64,000 nt of DNA from a virus. The DNA is taken from positions 1 to 64,000 of the IMG/VR virus record IMGVR_UViG_3300027712_001108. One strand, written 5' to 3'. The first letter of the stretch is position 1. Every line of letters starts with the position of its first letter. The position numbers and the translations under genes were made by a program. The notes under the pieces are model-generated. The model saw nothing but the letters and a program-made list of their open reading frames with translations, searched no databases and had not been told where the DNA came from. Below, piece by piece: positions 18,381 through 28,463 of this stretch.

Positions 18381-18864
18381 CGTATATCCTCATGGTCCAA
18401 TCAAATGCCGCATTGGCTTCGTCGTAGTGTATATCAGTAAGATTTGCTCTCACGTAAGCAATACAGCCCTTGAGGTCTTCAAATTTTAAATGTGCATGCG
18501 GTCCAGGCAACTGTTTGCCTATCATCTGTCCGCCATACATGTTTCCTAGATAATGCACGTAGACATGCGCCCAACGGTCATTGGCAGATAACCCACTGAG
18601 ATACTTTACGTAATTTTTTACATTTGGTGCTATTACGCAAGGCTCGTAGTCCATATCTGCAATGTCTTGCAATATGATTTTGTTACGCAGCACTTCTGGT
18701 TTGATAATCATACCGTCCCGTTCTAGCTCTGCATAGATTGGTTGCATGTTTTCGATAAATGCAGCATAGGTGTCGGTTCGCATGCCACCTGTGATCATCA
18801 GTTTACTTAATTCAGTTTGCTCTGCACGTTTATGACTGTCGCGCACTGCTTCGCGTAGATCCAT
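18355..18864 (-). CDS. hemO: Heme oxygenase
   Basis: LREAVRDSHKRAE (proximal His), AHVYVHYLGNMYGGQMI, EANAAF. Confidence 0.9.
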   Translation of the reverse strand: MDLREAVRDSHKRAEQTELSKLMITGGMRTDTYAAFIENMQPIYAELERDGMIIKPEVLRNKIILQDIADMDYEPCVIAPNVKNYVKYLSGLSANDRWAHVYVHYLGNMYGGQMIGKQLPGPHAHLKFEDLKGCIAYVRANLTDIHYDEANAAFDWTMRIYDELYQLFG

Positions 18865-18868
18865 TTGT

Positions 18869-19444
18869 TTACCTCTGTGATATTTTGAGGTTCATACCCT
18901 CTAATACTTTAAGCAGTGTAGCAAATCTTTCGCGGTCTTGCACTCTAAATTCTTCAGAAAGATTATCCCAAGGCTGAAGCATAGGATGTTTACGATTTTT
19001 TGGATCCATTTTGTGACCAAATGTCCAACCTTCGTCCATCTTGCGTTGGTGCCATTGGTTGTGATAGGTTTTAGCAGCAGACTCTGCAATACCTGCAAGC
19101 ATATCCTGTTGTACCTGTTGCAGTTTTGTTTCTCTGCCATCACGCTGGCTCCAGTTGATAACAAAGTCGCCGTCTGGATACTCTGCATTCCATGCTTCTG
19201 CAATAGCATCAGCTTCGGCTTCTTCCAAATCTCTACTGATAGGCACCACATAGTGATAACCATTCTCACCTTTTATACAGTAGAGTTTGGTGTTGACTAA
19301 TTCTCGGCCTTGTAACAGTCCTGTTTCGGCAATGATGCCATTAGGACCGCGGTCTCTAACTGTGCTAAACCATTTCGCAGGAATACCCTTGGGCAATGGT
19401 TTGGCAGTTTTAATTTCAATGTTGTGTTGTGATCTGTGCTGCAT
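18869..19444 (-). CDS. RyR-domain-containing protein
   Basis: AKTYHNQWHQRKMDEGWTFG...KHPMLQPWDNLSEEFRVQDR. Confidence 0.85.
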   Translation of the reverse strand: MQHRSQHNIEIKTAKPLPKGIPAKWFSTVRDRGPNGIIAETGLLQGRELVNTKLYCIKGENGYHYVVPISRDLEEAEADAIAEAWNAEYPDGDFVINWSQRDGRETKLQQVQQDMLAGIAESAAKTYHNQWHQRKMDEGWTFGHKMDPKNRKHPMLQPWDNLSEEFRVQDRERFATLLKVLEGMNLKISQR

Positions 19445-19471
19445 CAGATATTTAGCACTGTAATCACAATA

Positions 19472-20050
19472 TTACCATTCCCAAATCCATTGATACCCGC
19501 GATGCAGTTGACGTTTACCAACCATGCTCATCCATTGTGCTACAAATGTACCTTTGCCCACATGCGATCCGTCGGCGGCCATGAGGTTATCATCTACTGC
19601 AACCAGTGTACCAGGACGCAATACATTTTTAATAGCCAACAATTCGTAGATATGATGCTGTGCGCTGGGTTGCCAGTTGTTTAAGTCAAGGTCAAAACTA
19701 TCCAAGTACAGTACATCAATGTACCTGCCCATTTTACCAAAGTTGACTTCTGCTTCTTGCAACCATTTTACGCTGTCTCCGCAGAATACTTGATGACGTT
19801 GCCCTGTTAGGCTTTTTGCAAACTGACAGGCACGTGGATCGATGTCTACACTGTAAAGTGTACCTTCGTGCATGTCCGCCATGGTATTGAATACTTGACT
19901 GCTTTGTCCGTCGCCAAACCAATTGTCAGTTTGTCGTGTGCATCCAGTTTCTACAATAAGCGGGTATCGGCTATTTTGTACTTTGTTATACAGTATTTCA
20001 AACCCGCTGCGTCTTTTGTCTAGGCGGGCGAACATTTCATCTAATGTCAT
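19472..20050 (-). CDS. Class I SAM-dependent methyltransferase
   Basis: IVETG, YSVDID, GDSV, IDVLYLDS, VAVDD; start reset to MTLDEM. Confidence 0.8.
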   Translation of the reverse strand: MTLDEMFARLDKRRSGFEILYNKVQNSRYPLIVETGCTRQTDNWFGDGQSSQVFNTMADMHEGTLYSVDIDPRACQFAKSLTGQRHQVFCGDSVKWLQEAEVNFGKMGRYIDVLYLDSFDLDLNNWQPSAQHHIYELLAIKNVLRPGTLVAVDDNLMAADGSHVGKGTFVAQWMSMVGKRQLHRGYQWIWEW

Positions 20051-20111
20051 GTGTTTACTCCCAGACCATATTATATTGTCAACTGATGTGAAGAACACAA
20101 TTAAATACAGT

Positions 20112-20222
20112 ATGGAAGATAATGTAACAATCTTAGAATCCACTGTGGTGTTAGATGATGATACCGCAGCACGGGAAGAACAACAACGCATACTGCTGTT
20201 GTTGCTGGATGTAATGGAGTAA
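20112..20222 (+). CDS. Small acidic peptide (36 aa)
   Basis: TAAATAcagtATG then MEDNVTILESTVVLDDDTAAREEQQRILLLLLDVME*. Confidence 0.4.
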   Translation: MEDNVTILESTVVLDDDTAAREEQQRILLLLLDVME

Positions 20223-20230
20223 ATATCAAC

Positions 20231-20704
20231 ATGAATATAACTGGAATCTTTGCAGTGGTATTGATAGTAGTAGGTGGTATGTTCTACTGGTACTTTGACC
20301 ACAGCCAAAAAATCATACATCAACTGGAAGCCGATCGTGCCAAGTTGGAAATATCGGTACAATCACAACGAGATGCTATATCTGCATTGCAAATGCATGC
20401 AAAAGATCAAGCAGTGCAAGTAACGGAACTGCAAACCAATTTAAATACTGCTAACAGCTATAGAGATACACTAGAAAAGAAACTACGTGATCACGATTTA
20501 ACAATGTTGGCTCGTGCTAAACCCAAGCTGATAGAAGATCGTATGAATGCTGCTACCGCAGCAGTATGGAATGACCTTGAAACTATTACAGGTGGTAAAC
20601 CCGCCAATACTGCTGTGCCTGCTGCAAAAACAACTGCACCATCAACAAGCAGCACCGGCCATTATAAGAGTTTAAATGATGTCAATGCACAACCCTTACA
20701 GTAA
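20231..20704 (+). CDS. Inner-membrane spanin (Rz-like)
   Basis: N-terminal TM helix followed by a long coiled coil; overlaps a lipoprotein gene. Confidence 0.7.
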   Translation: MNITGIFAVVLIVVGGMFYWYFDHSQKIIHQLEADRAKLEISVQSQRDAISALQMHAKDQAVQVTELQTNLNTANSYRDTLEKKLRDHDLTMLARAKPKLIEDRMNAATAAVWNDLETITGGKPANTAVPAAKTTAPSTSSTGHYKSLNDVNAQPLQ

Positions 20705-21056
20705 CACATACCCAACCGTTGCATTGCTTGCTGCAACATTATCAATCGCAGGCTGTGCAAGTACTACTCAGCCTATTCAAATAGATACAAAACCAGTTCA
20801 ACTAGAAATTATACAGCCTGCACCTCCTGCACCTGTATCGCTGTCAGAAGTGAACGTATCTGTTGTAACAGCAGCGACACTTGATGCATTCATAAAACAA
20901 GCCAAAACAGAACAAGGTACTGATAATCCTGTATTTGTTGTATTAAGTGTAAAAGGTTATGAAAATCTCAGCTTGAATATTGCAGAACTCAAACGTTACA
21001 TACTACAACAACAGCAAATTATAGCATATTACCGCAAAGCTACTTCACAAAAATAA
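20676..21056 (+). CDS. Outer-membrane spanin lipoprotein (Rz1-like)
   Basis: Lipobox LSIAGC, Pro-rich linker, C-terminal YENLSLNIAELKRYILQQQQIIAYY. Confidence 0.75.
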   Translation: MMSMHNPYSNTYPTVALLAATLSIAGCASTTQPIQIDTKPVQLEIIQPAPPAPVSLSEVNVSVVTAATLDAFIKQAKTEQGTDNPVFVVLSVKGYENLSLNIAELKRYILQQQQIIAYYRKATSQK

Positions 21057-21066
21057 AGAAATTAAA

Positions 21067-21204
21067 ATGAACAGATTAAAGAAAATACTTCAATCAAAAT
21101 GGTTTAAACGAGGCGGCTTGGCAGTTTTGTGTTTTTACCTGCTCAAAAGCACATTATGGACCATACTGTTTGTTGCCATGTACATGGGGTGGGTACACTT
21201 GTAA
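21067..21204 (+). CDS. Small basic membrane protein (45 aa) in the lysis region
   Basis: MNRLKKILQSKWFKRGGLAVLCFYLLKSTLWTILFVAMYMGWVHL*. Confidence 0.45.
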   Translation: MNRLKKILQSKWFKRGGLAVLCFYLLKSTLWTILFVAMYMGWVHL

Positions 21205-21266
21205 CACCGCACTGAAAACACTGTGTTAAACTAAATATTGCTACTCAGCAATAAGGCAGTGTTGTT

Positions 21267-21998
21267 ATGATAAAACGATTAAACCCCGCAACCGAACCCA
21301 GCGATAAACCAAAAGTTATAAAGACACTAGATGGTGTTTCTAGTTCAGACGATGATACATTTTATCAAGGTACCGGACAAAGCGTGGCACCTGCAACACC
21401 AACACCACCGGCACCTGCTGTTACTACACCTGCTGTAGCAACTACAATGACCAGTGCGCCGCCGCCGGTTGTGCAGCAAAATACCACCGCCTCTGTAGTT
21501 ACAACACCTAGTACACAGTATGCCAGTACCATTACAGCGGGTAATATTACCAGTAATGTAGATGCAGTTCCCAATTCAGACGCAGCAATTGTACATCGTA
21601 AAATGAGTCTTGAAGAAGCCAAGTTTAGACTTGAAGAAGAAAAGACTCGTCATGCAATATACATGGAAATACGCAAAGAGGATTTTAGACAGTCTGAATT
21701 AAAAGTAGAACAAGATATCAACAGTAAAAAAGAGCACGAACATTGGATGAAGTCCTATTGGCGTCCTGCAATGGGATGGCTCTATATGATAATTTGTGCG
21801 TTTGATTTTATTGTAGGACCTATGTTAACTATGGCCATGCCTATATTTCTCAAAGGTCTTGGTGCAGCCAGTGTTACCTACACACAATGGTCAAGTTTAA
21901 CATTGAGTAACGGCGGGTTAATACATTTGGCATTTGGCGCAATACTGGGTATTACTGCTTGGACTAGAGGACAAGAAAAAATCAGCAAGATGGGTTAA
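21267..21998 (+). CDS. Holin-like membrane protein with a Pro/Thr-rich N-terminal extension
   Basis: WMKSYWRPAMGWLYMIICAFDF...GGLIHLAFGAILGITAWTRGQEK; next to the spanins. Confidence 0.65.
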   Translation: MIKRLNPATEPSDKPKVIKTLDGVSSSDDDTFYQGTGQSVAPATPTPPAPAVTTPAVATTMTSAPPPVVQQNTTASVVTTPSTQYASTITAGNITSNVDAVPNSDAAIVHRKMSLEEAKFRLEEEKTRHAIYMEIRKEDFRQSELKVEQDINSKKEHEHWMKSYWRPAMGWLYMIICAFDFIVGPMLTMAMPIFLKGLGAASVTYTQWSSLTLSNGGLIHLAFGAILGITAWTRGQEKISKMG

Positions 21999-22004
21999 TA
22001 CAAT

Positions 22005-22916
22005 TTACTTCAAAATTGATTTCCAGTGATATATGGTTCTATCTATACCTTCGCTGTATGAAATTGCAGGCTTCCATCCGGTTAGTTTCGTAAGTTTTTC
22101 ATTTCCGCTGTTTAACCACCATATTTCGCCATGACGTGGATCTTTTGTATTCCAATTTATAGTGCCATTCCAGTTAAGCTGCTCTGCTATATAATTTGCG
22201 CAGTCTTTTATTTTTCTTGGATCATTAGGACCTATTGTGAATATATTTTTTGCACATTTTTCTCTGTTTTCAATAACAGTCATCCATGCGTCTAACAAGT
22301 CATCTATGTAGATAAAATTTCTATAAGGTTCTGCATATCCTAAATTACACACATTACCAGTTATCATCTGGCTTATAATATGCTCTGTAACAAAAAAGTC
22401 ATTGTCTTTTCTTCCGTATGCATTTGTCTGCCTAATAGCAGCCCATTCTAATCCATATGCTCGTCCAGCATATTCAAGATATTTTTCGCAACCATATTTT
22501 GCAACTGCATACGGCGCATTTGGGTTAGGTTGTGTTTCTTCAGTGAAAATAACAGGTATTTTAAATGTGTTGGTTTGTTCAATTTCGTCTGATATTGGTT
22601 GCCATCCATACACTTCCATAGTGGATGCAAAAACAAAATATGGCATATTCTGTAATTTACTACATGCTTCAATTAGATTTACAGTTCCTATATAATTTAC
22701 TTCGCTGAAGCTTACTTGTTCATAGAAACTTTTTTGAACTTCTGTTCTTGCTGCCAAATGTATAACAATATCTGGTGCTGTTTCTTTTATTTCGATGTTA
22801 ACAGCTTTGTGATCTGTTAAATCACTTTTGAGAGATACAACTGATCCAATTTTTTGTAATCTGGCTATAAGATGTTGTCCTATAAATCCGCTGGAACCTG
22901 TTAATAAAATTTTCAT
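22005..22916 (-). CDS. NAD-dependent nucleotide-sugar epimerase/dehydratase
   Basis: TGSSGFIG, HLAA, YAVAK (YxxxK), RNFIYIDD. Confidence 0.93.
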   Translation of the reverse strand: MKILLTGSSGFIGQHLIARLQKIGSVVSLKSDLTDHKAVNIEIKETAPDIVIHLAARTEVQKSFYEQVSFSEVNYIGTVNLIEACSKLQNMPYFVFASTMEVYGWQPISDEIEQTNTFKIPVIFTEETQPNPNAPYAVAKYGCEKYLEYAGRAYGLEWAAIRQTNAYGRKDNDFFVTEHIISQMITGNVCNLGYAEPYRNFIYIDDLLDAWMTVIENREKCAKNIFTIGPNDPRKIKDCANYIAEQLNWNGTINWNTKDPRHGEIWWLNSGNEKLTKLTGWKPAISYSEGIDRTIYHWKSILK

Positions 22917-22943
22917 TGCTAATTTCTTACTGCTAATATTGTG

Positions 22944-24428
22944 TTATGATCTAGTATATATTTTAATATTGTATTCGTTTTCAAATGCAGCAGCATCAGC
23001 TTCGTTGTTTACCATAGGTTGTCCTTTGATGTTGAGACTTGTGTTAACTAACATAGGGCATCCGGTCTCGCTATACCATCTGCGCAGTGTTTGATATAAT
23101 CCCATGTGCTGTTTGACATTTACAGTCTGTACCCTACTGGTACCATCTATATGTACTATACCGGGAAACCGAGTAGGTTCGCGACATTTGACAGTATATT
23201 GCATGTATGCATGATTATAATCTGTCATATCGAAGTATTGATTTGCATGTTCTTCTAGTATTACAGGTGCAAATGGTCTAAATGCATCTCGTCTTTTAAC
23301 AACATTTAAACGTTCTTGAATATTAGCTATGCGAGGATCTGCTAGCAAGCTGCGATTACCCAATGCTCGCGGCCCAAACTCTGCACAGCCATTGGCAACA
23401 CCTACAACTCCGCTCTTGTGTAATTCGCTTATCAGTTTACCTAATGGATATAACCCATCTATACAATGTCCCAAGTATGGGCCTTCCCAGTTGACATGTT
23501 GTTTTAGATATGCCAGTGCAGCACCAAGACTGTTGCCTGCATCTCCTGGATTTGGCATTATCCAAATGTTTTCCCATATACCTTGTGCTGCAATTGCGGC
23601 ATTTGCTACACAGTTCAATGCACAACCACCACTTAGTACAAGATTATCTGAGTTTGCTGTGGACTTTAAACATGTACTGATGCGTAATACAATATCCGTG
23701 AATATTGCTTGAGCACCAGCAGCTAAATTATGTACATCGGTAATATAAGGTTGCCAATTTAAAATACCTCTATGCATGTTGACTTTACAACGATAAAACG
23801 GCCAGCGGTTGGTTATTTCTATCAGTTCATCTAATATTACTTGCTTATATTTGTCGGGGTCGCCAAATGCAGCCATACCCATTACAATGTATTCTTCTTC
23901 GTTGGGTTTGAATCCACAGCGTTGCGTAATTGCTGTATAAAATAAACCAAGACTGTTTGGGTAGTGTGCAGCAGCAATCTTTTTAAGACTTATACCATGG
24001 CCATACCATGCAGTTGTGGTATCCCATTCTCCAATGGCGTCTATTACCAATATAGCAGCAGTATCAAACCCACTGGTATAGTAGCCACCTGCTGCATGAC
24101 TACGATGATGACTGACAGTATGCATTATTGTGTCTGACATCTGTAGTCTGTTTAAATTAGTACGTGGACCAGTCAAGGTGATATCTGACCATTGACCCGC
24201 CCATATTTCACGTGTTAATTTCAACAAGGGTTTTTCGTGCCATATCAATGCACTGGGTGTACCATAAACCAGTGCAGCATTTATCAAATCTTCAGTTATT
24301 CTGTCGTCGTTTTTTATTTTACTGTATCGTTCACTATGTGCAGCCCATACAATTTTATTGTCGTTGATTATTGAAATTGCTGCATCGTGTCCACCGCCAG
24401 ATATACCCCAAACATTGATATTTTTCAT
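22944..24428 (-). CDS. Carbamoyltransferase (NodU/CmcH/TobZ family)
   Basis: HDAA, ERYS, HHRSHAA, DAIGE, SLGLFY, GGCALNC, EFGPRALGNRSLLADP, FRPFAP, NTSLN; start reset to MKNINVW. Confidence 0.95.
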   Translation of the reverse strand: MKNINVWGISGGGHDAAISIINDNKIVWAAHSERYSKIKNDDRITEDLINAALVYGTPSALIWHEKPLLKLTREIWAGQWSDITLTGPRTNLNRLQMSDTIMHTVSHHRSHAAGGYYTSGFDTAAILVIDAIGEWDTTTAWYGHGISLKKIAAAHYPNSLGLFYTAITQRCGFKPNEEEYIVMGMAAFGDPDKYKQVILDELIEITNRWPFYRCKVNMHRGILNWQPYITDVHNLAAGAQAIFTDIVLRISTCLKSTANSDNLVLSGGCALNCVANAAIAAQGIWENIWIMPNPGDAGNSLGAALAYLKQHVNWEGPYLGHCIDGLYPLGKLISELHKSGVVGVANGCAEFGPRALGNRSLLADPRIANIQERLNVVKRRDAFRPFAPVILEEHANQYFDMTDYNHAYMQYTVKCREPTRFPGIVHIDGTSRVQTVNVKQHMGLYQTLRRWYSETGCPMLVNTSLNIKGQPMVNNEADAAAFENEYNIKIYTRS

Positions 24429-24508
24429 AAGTGCACCTTTTAAATTTCTGGAATAACACAGCTTTACTATACATATATAGTATAATAACAGTAAGATAAG
24501 AATTAAAA

Positions 24509-25741
24509 ATGACAATTTATATATTGTACCACAATGTTAGATCTGACACAATACCGCAATGGAATTATATACCAGATGTCTCAGTACTGTTAAAAAACTG
24601 GCCAACCAATGTAGAACAGTTTGATTTGCGATTAGACAGCATGCCCAATACAGATGTTGCATATGCAAAAATAGAAGATGTGCCTGAGCGTAGCAATTGG
24701 TTATATTCATTGAACAATCTGTATAATCATGATTTATATAGACGCTCAGATTTAACCATACTTGATTATTTTAAGTCTGTGCCTCGTCTTATGTCAGATC
24801 TTATAGCAGGGTATGGTAGAATAATGTATGACGATAGACGCGAAGGATATCTATATCCCAACTATGTAAAGGCGGAAATAGAGGGATTTTTCAAACTATA
24901 CGGTATACCACTAGACAGAGTGGTATTTGCAACTGGTACTGCTAACAGTGCCGACATATTCAGTCGTAATGGTTATACTATGCAGCCATTATACCTACAA
25001 CAATTTGAATTGGAATCAAGTTGTGCTGTACAAAATTGGCCAACTACACCACCGCAACGTCACATAGACCGGCGATTTTTATGCTTTAACCGTTCATATC
25101 AATATAGAGTACATCGATTACAATTGCTAGCTAAAATGTATAGAAGGAATTTATTAGATCAATTCTATTACAGTATGTTAGATGGTGTGGACAGGACAGA
25201 CGTAGTAACATCTGCTATGCGAGTTATGGGAGTAGAACCTAACAGTTATGATACAGCGGGTGCTATGCGTGAACTAAAGTCGCGCATGCCAATGTTATTA
25301 GACACAGATGATTTACAAACCAATCTGGCATGGGTTCACACAGAGTCTGTGGAATCATACTACAATCGCACGGGTATTAGCGTAGTAACAGAAACACTGT
25401 TTCATGACAATGAAATATTTTTCAGTGAAAAGACATGGCATCCAATGCGTATGCAGCAACCATTTATATTGGTAAATGGACCTGGGTCGCTACAGCATTT
25501 GCGAGATCTGGGGTACATGACATTTGACCATTGGTGGGACGAAAGTTATGATACAATAGTCAATTCCTATGAGCGACTGGATGCCATAGAACAATTGATA
25601 ACGGATATTGCAGCATGGCCAGACAGTAAATTTATACAGTTTGTAAAGGAATCTCAAATTGTTTGTCAACATAACTTGGCTCATTTGGCAACCGCACACA
25701 CTCGCATCGATTATAACCAACGACTTATTGCACTGTTTTAG
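24509..25741 (+). CDS. Putative glycosyltransferase-like protein
   Basis: FLCFNR...HR, ISVVTET, FFSEKTWHP, QPFI, LRDLGYMTF, WDESYD; paralog at 42121-43380. Confidence 0.55.
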   Translation: MTIYILYHNVRSDTIPQWNYIPDVSVLLKNWPTNVEQFDLRLDSMPNTDVAYAKIEDVPERSNWLYSLNNLYNHDLYRRSDLTILDYFKSVPRLMSDLIAGYGRIMYDDRREGYLYPNYVKAEIEGFFKLYGIPLDRVVFATGTANSADIFSRNGYTMQPLYLQQFELESSCAVQNWPTTPPQRHIDRRFLCFNRSYQYRVHRLQLLAKMYRRNLLDQFYYSMLDGVDRTDVVTSAMRVMGVEPNSYDTAGAMRELKSRMPMLLDTDDLQTNLAWVHTESVESYYNRTGISVVTETLFHDNEIFFSEKTWHPMRMQQPFILVNGPGSLQHLRDLGYMTFDHWWDESYDTIVNSYERLDAIEQLITDIAAWPDSKFIQFVKESQIVCQHNLAHLATAHTRIDYNQRLIALF

Positions 25742-26375
25742 CAGCTCGTTTGGCCTCGGGTGTTAATATGCTTTTAACATGATCATCTAACCAATATGGA
25801 TCAGCTGCATGTATATATTTTGTATTGGCATCTAGTTTGAGTATATCGTCTATTTGCGGATCATCCCAGCTTAATGGGAAGTTCAACCAATGTGACAGAC
25901 TTTTGATGTATTGTCTACGATACAAGTACAACAATTCCTGGCCAATGTAAAATGGCGGCACAGACATCCATTGCAACAGTTGCGGCATATTACCCCATGT
26001 TGGCCCGCCGCGCAAACGAGTCTGTTGGTATGTGAGTATGTTTTGATCTCGGCCTATGACCACAGGCTGTACATCAATGCCAAGACTTTCTACTTTTGAC
26101 ATAAAATCAAAAATAGGAGGCACTTTAGGCAACCAATTTTCTATGTAGGGATTTGATATACTGGTCACTGCATACTTTTTACCACCCATTATATCAAGAT
26201 CGATCTTGTCTATGTTGTTCCAATAGTAGTTGAACGGTTCTTGATAATGTGGAATAAAATATCCATCTGGCCTGAGAGCATCTTTCCATCCATGCACATC
26301 TGTATGCATGCTGAATATTTTGCCAAACAAATGATTACCAGACCCTTGCGGACCGAATAGAACAATCATTTTCAT
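25725..26375 (-). CDS. Sulfotransferase-like / P-loop protein
   Basis: N-terminal VLFGPQGSGNH, VIGRD. Confidence 0.5.
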   Translation of the reverse strand: MKMIVLFGPQGSGNHLFGKIFSMHTDVHGWKDALRPDGYFIPHYQEPFNYYWNNIDKIDLDIMGGKKYAVTSISNPYIENWLPKVPPIFDFMSKVESLGIDVQPVVIGRDQNILTYQQTRLRGGPTWGNMPQLLQWMSVPPFYIGQELLYLYRRQYIKSLSHWLNFPLSWDDPQIDDILKLDANTKYIHAADPYWLDDHVKSILTPEAKRAAKTVQ

Positions 26376-27001
26376 ACAGTCATTACCTTTATGCCGCTGG
26401 TCTTATAATCTTGCAAATATTCTCGTGGCGGCAATGCAATATGCAATGCATTGGCCAATTGGTGATTGTTGGTAATATCCAATCTTGCACTATGTCGTGC
26501 GGCAAAATCTATAATATCTGCATTTTGTTGATCTATATGCATGGCCATCATTTCTAAATTGCTGTAGTATTGATAGTTGGGATAGGTTATGTTGAACTGC
26601 CCACAGCGTACCCACCATCCAAGGCATGCGTCATTGGGACGATGTACAAGAACTATCGTACAGTCCGGCCACGTTTCTCGTATATAATCTAGATGATGGC
26701 AAAATACATGACTTTTGATAATGCGTACACCCTCTCCTGAGAATGGTCTATCGAATTCTGCTTCTGCTGTGTGCTTGGCCAGTTGTGGTAACTGCATAAA
26801 CTGTTTGCCGAACTCCATACCAGGATCGAAGTATGCACCAAGATGCATGAGATCTGGCTGTCCCCATGCAGAATGATAATATGTTCTATTGCTGCTGTAG
26901 TCAGACCTGTCAATGTCTATACTGTAGTAAATGTTTTTGCACACCGAGCTCCATTTGGAACCCGGTGCACCTGCCATAAAAATATATTTTGGCAATGTCA
27001 T
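26372..27001 (-). CDS. Sulfotransferase-like / P-loop protein
   Basis: IFMAGAPGSKWS, IIKSH, IVLVHR. Confidence 0.55.
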   Translation of the reverse strand: MTLPKYIFMAGAPGSKWSSVCKNIYYSIDIDRSDYSSNRTYYHSAWGQPDLMHLGAYFDPGMEFGKQFMQLPQLAKHTAEAEFDRPFSGEGVRIIKSHVFCHHLDYIRETWPDCTIVLVHRPNDACLGWWVRCGQFNITYPNYQYYSNLEMMAMHIDQQNADIIDFAARHSARLDITNNHQLANALHIALPPREYLQDYKTSGIKVMTV

Positions 27002-27004
27002 TGT

Positions 27005-28462
27005 CTAGTCTTTGACTGCGGTCAATTTGGTAATGCCCAATGCAAGTGCACCAGATCCAAACACAGCAAGACAAGTGCCAAGCACTGCAATGTTAGGGCC
27101 GCCGCCGAAGTTTTGACCGTATACATAAGTCGAGAACCCAACTAGGTACGCAATCAAAACACCCCAGAACATACCAGCTTCGTTGACTAACTTTTGATTT
27201 AGTAGACTAAACATCAGTGGGAACCAAACTGTTGCACGCAAAATACCAAAGAACAGGAAGATGGTAATCAATGTCATACCCGGCCAGTTGGCAAGTGTAA
27301 GACCTGCTGCAATCAACAGAACCATGCCTATACGACCATATGCAATGCTGGACTCGTCGCCTGCATCTGGCTTGGCCATGTTTTTGACATCATGCCCAAA
27401 TATATTGGACACAGAGCTAAGTTGCGAATCCAGCACAGACACCAGTCCTGCGAACAACATAAACAGATACATTATAGCAGCCCATGCAGGCAGCAAACTG
27501 CCAACTGTGATGATGTTCACATACCCCAACAGTTCTTTTGGAATCTCATAATGCATGCCAGCAGCAGTGAATCCCAGTAGACCAGTCAGCAAGGGTGTGA
27601 TGACAAAGATAAATGCACCGCCTACAAATGACTTGATAACTGCACCTTTGCGCACTGCAAATGCACGTTGATAGAACGCATTATCGCCCCATGGTGCACC
27701 CATGTGGCCTATGGCAGTTGAGAAGCCAAATCCCATGAACACGCCCAGTGCAAAATCAGTGCCAATGATACTGCGACCATTGCCAGTGATGCCGCCCAGT
27801 CCTAGATCTACTATATCCCAGCCGCCTGCTGTGCCAATTGCCCATGGAACAATTACAGCCAGGCCCAATACCAACACGGTCAATTTGAAAATTTCAGTGA
27901 CAACTGATGCTTTCAATCCGCCACGTATGGTATAAGTCAATGCAATTGCTGCAAGTATAAAGCTAACAGTATGATAGCTCATGCCTGTCAGCACTTCAAC
28001 AGACTTGGATCCTGCCAGTACGTTGATGGCAAAAGAACAGATTGCCAACATGCCAAGTTCTATCATAAACAGACCTTGTACTCGTTTGCCGAACTGTTCT
28101 TTGAGATAACCTGAAATGGTAAATCCATCTGGCTTCTTGTTGCGCAGTCTATTGGCAAACCAAGAAAAGAATATCAGCGACAAAAAGTTGCCTATACAAA
28201 ACCAAAACAGTCCCACAAGGCCATTTTGGTAAGCTTGCTGTGCTGATATGAACATACCAGGTGCCCACATCCATGCTGCACCTGTGCTCATTGCACCTTG
28301 TAAAGGACTGAGTTTGCGTTTTGCAACAAAGAATCCTTCCTTGCTAGTGGCGTATCCGCTAGCAAATACCCATGTCAATCCAAACACAATTGCAGCATAC
28401 ATTGCAAGAACAATGCCACCTGTGCCGGGAGTAAACAAGGGGAATAATGTAGTAAAATCCAT
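27005..28462 (-). CDS. Sodium:solute symporter (SSS family)
   Basis: About 13 hydrophobic segments; FFVAKR, AAWMWA, GGLKASVVTE, YQRAFA; start MDFTTL after GGAG. Confidence 0.9.
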   Translation of the reverse strand: MDFTTLFPLFTPGTGGIVLAMYAAIVFGLTWVFASGYATSKEGFFVAKRKLSPLQGAMSTGAAWMWAPGMFISAQQAYQNGLVGLFWFCIGNFLSLIFFSWFANRLRNKKPDGFTISGYLKEQFGKRVQGLFMIELGMLAICSFAINVLAGSKSVEVLTGMSYHTVSFILAAIALTYTIRGGLKASVVTEIFKLTVLVLGLAVIVPWAIGTAGGWDIVDLGLGGITGNGRSIIGTDFALGVFMGFGFSTAIGHMGAPWGDNAFYQRAFAVRKGAVIKSFVGGAFIFVITPLLTGLLGFTAAGMHYEIPKELLGYVNIITVGSLLPAWAAIMYLFMLFAGLVSVLDSQLSSVSNIFGHDVKNMAKPDAGDESSIAYGRIGMVLLIAAGLTLANWPGMTLITIFLFFGILRATVWFPLMFSLLNQKLVNEAGMFWGVLIAYLVGFSTYVYGQNFGGGPNIAVLGTCLAVFGSGALALGITKLTAVKD

Positions 28463-28463
28463 C

